From a virus (lineage: Duplodnaviria > Caudoviricetes), in IMG/VR virus record IMGVR_UViG_3300021424_000043, positions 1 through 54,468 of that record: DNA of 54,468 nt, one strand, 5' to 3'. Each line of letters begins with the position of its first letter. The first letter of the stretch is position 1. The notes under the pieces were generated by a model, which saw nothing but the letters and a program-made list of their open reading frames with translations, ran no database searches and was not told the origin of the DNA. Positions 53,372 through 54,468 of the stretch are shown in pieces. The translations under genes were made by a program, and so were the position numbers.

Positions 53372-53376
53372 CTGAG

Positions 53377-54435
53377 TTATTCCTCCACTACAGAATTTGT
53401 ATTACTTATCTTTTGTTTACGATTTTGATATTCTAACATTACTTTGTCGAGGCAATGATCTTCGTTGCTTTCCCAACCCTTGCGAAAGAATTTAAGTGAC
53501 TCTCCATCTTCAGTAACATAACTAAGTCTATTACCTTCTTTTGTTAAAATATTTGCTTTCTCAAATAAATCAAGCAATCCACTATATGGATTCATGCCAG
53601 TTTCATAAGGAATCTTAACTTGTACACTTTCAAATGGCTTTGCGTATCGTGTTTTCATGACCTTACAAGCACTACGAATACCACGCACTTCAGTAATCTT
53701 ATTACCATCATCATCTTCCTTTAGTTTAAGTTTTTTCATAGCGACAACAATACTTGACGCATAGATGAAGCCTTGACCACCGCTGATCTTGTCATCTGGA
53801 TCAAACATATCTTGTGACGCATATGTATGATTAGTTGCGACTAGACCAACATTATGACTACCAAACATGTTCACACAGTTACGAACAAGCGCAGTCAATG
53901 CTTTGGGCTTGCGACCCATGTCACCCTTCATATCGCCTGCTTCAAATTGATTCACATCAGTTGGAGTCAACAACATACCAAGGCTGTCAATGATAAACAA
54001 TACCTTAGGCTTTTCACCTTCAGGCATAGTTTTATATGACTTCATAAATTCACTGATAGTTTTGGCAACATCGTCAATCATTGCCATATTGAGTTTCAAT
54101 AACTTATCTTCACTAGTATCAACATCAAGCGCCTTTAGCCAAGTTTCATCTAATGCATTTTCTGTATCAACTAATACGACAAAAATGCCCTGTTGTTGAG
54201 CATGCCTTACAAGGTTGCCTGAACAAATATAACTCTTGCCTGAACCGGGTTCGCCTGCGAATACAGTGACCTTACCTAATGGGACTCCTTTGTTAAAGTC
54301 TCCGCTAATAAGATAATTGAGAGCGTGGTTACCGGTACTGATCCAATCAGTAGGATCATTGAAACCAATGCTAAGACCTTCAATACTTTTGGTAATATCT
54401 TTTCTAAATTTACTAACATCAAATGGTTTGGCCAC
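53377..54435 (-). CDS. uvsX: RecA-like recombinase UvsX
   Basis: ISTG..ALN..ISG; GEPGSGKS; DTENA; IIDSLG; GDMG; TNHTY; SGG.G..YASS; KTRY; GGAGG SD with GTG start. Confidence 0.95.
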   Translation of the reverse strand: MAKPFDVSKFRKDITKSIEGLSIGFNDPTDWISTGNHALNYLISGDFNKGVPLGKVTVFAGEPGSGKSYICSGNLVRHAQQQGIFVVLVDTENALDETWLKALDVDTSEDKLLKLNMAMIDDVAKTISEFMKSYKTMPEGEKPKVLFIIDSLGMLLTPTDVNQFEAGDMKGDMGRKPKALTALVRNCVNMFGSHNVGLVATNHTYASQDMFDPDDKISGGQGFIYASSIVVAMKKLKLKEDDDGNKITEVRGIRSACKVMKTRYAKPFESVQVKIPYETGMNPYSGLLDLFEKANILTKEGNRLSYVTEDGESLKFFRKGWESNEDHCLDKVMLEYQNRKQKISNTNSVVEE

Positions 54436-54468
54436 AAGCCCTCCTTATTTAAAAATATTCTTTCGTAA

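Overview
A 54 kb, AT-rich segment of a large, divergent T4-like (contractile-tailed) phage genome. It uses the standard genetic code and is coded almost entirely on the minus strand. The left two-thirds is mostly virion morphogenesis: four mosaic fibre genes, probable internal head proteins, TerS-like and gp4-like packaging genes, tail tube, an oversized tail sheath and neck proteins gp13/14/15. These are interleaved with dNMP kinase, MazG, NUDIX, a glycosyltransferase-like gene and an SGNH-like gene. The right third is replication and recombination: gp41 helicase, gp61 primase, a DEDDh exonuclease, a gp62-like protein, UvsW, UvsY and UvsX, plus peptide deformylase, IscA, two 2OG-Fe(II) oxygenases and early genes. 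Most notable observations: (1) a ~203-aa minimal DnaE/Pol III-alpha-like protein that keeps all three catalytic aspartates, near a stand-alone 3'-5' exonuclease; (2) about 20 T4-like late promoters (TAAATA core), several nested in hairpins that would hide the downstream RBS on read-through mRNA; (3) many apparently leaderless genes; (4) IHF-box sigma70 early-promoter cassettes; (5) an 11-nt 3'UTR element complementary to its own gene's RBS; (6) a possible stand-alone Hint-fold protein. No tRNA, rRNA, CRISPR array or integrase was seen. All product calls come from motifs read by eye, without database searches.
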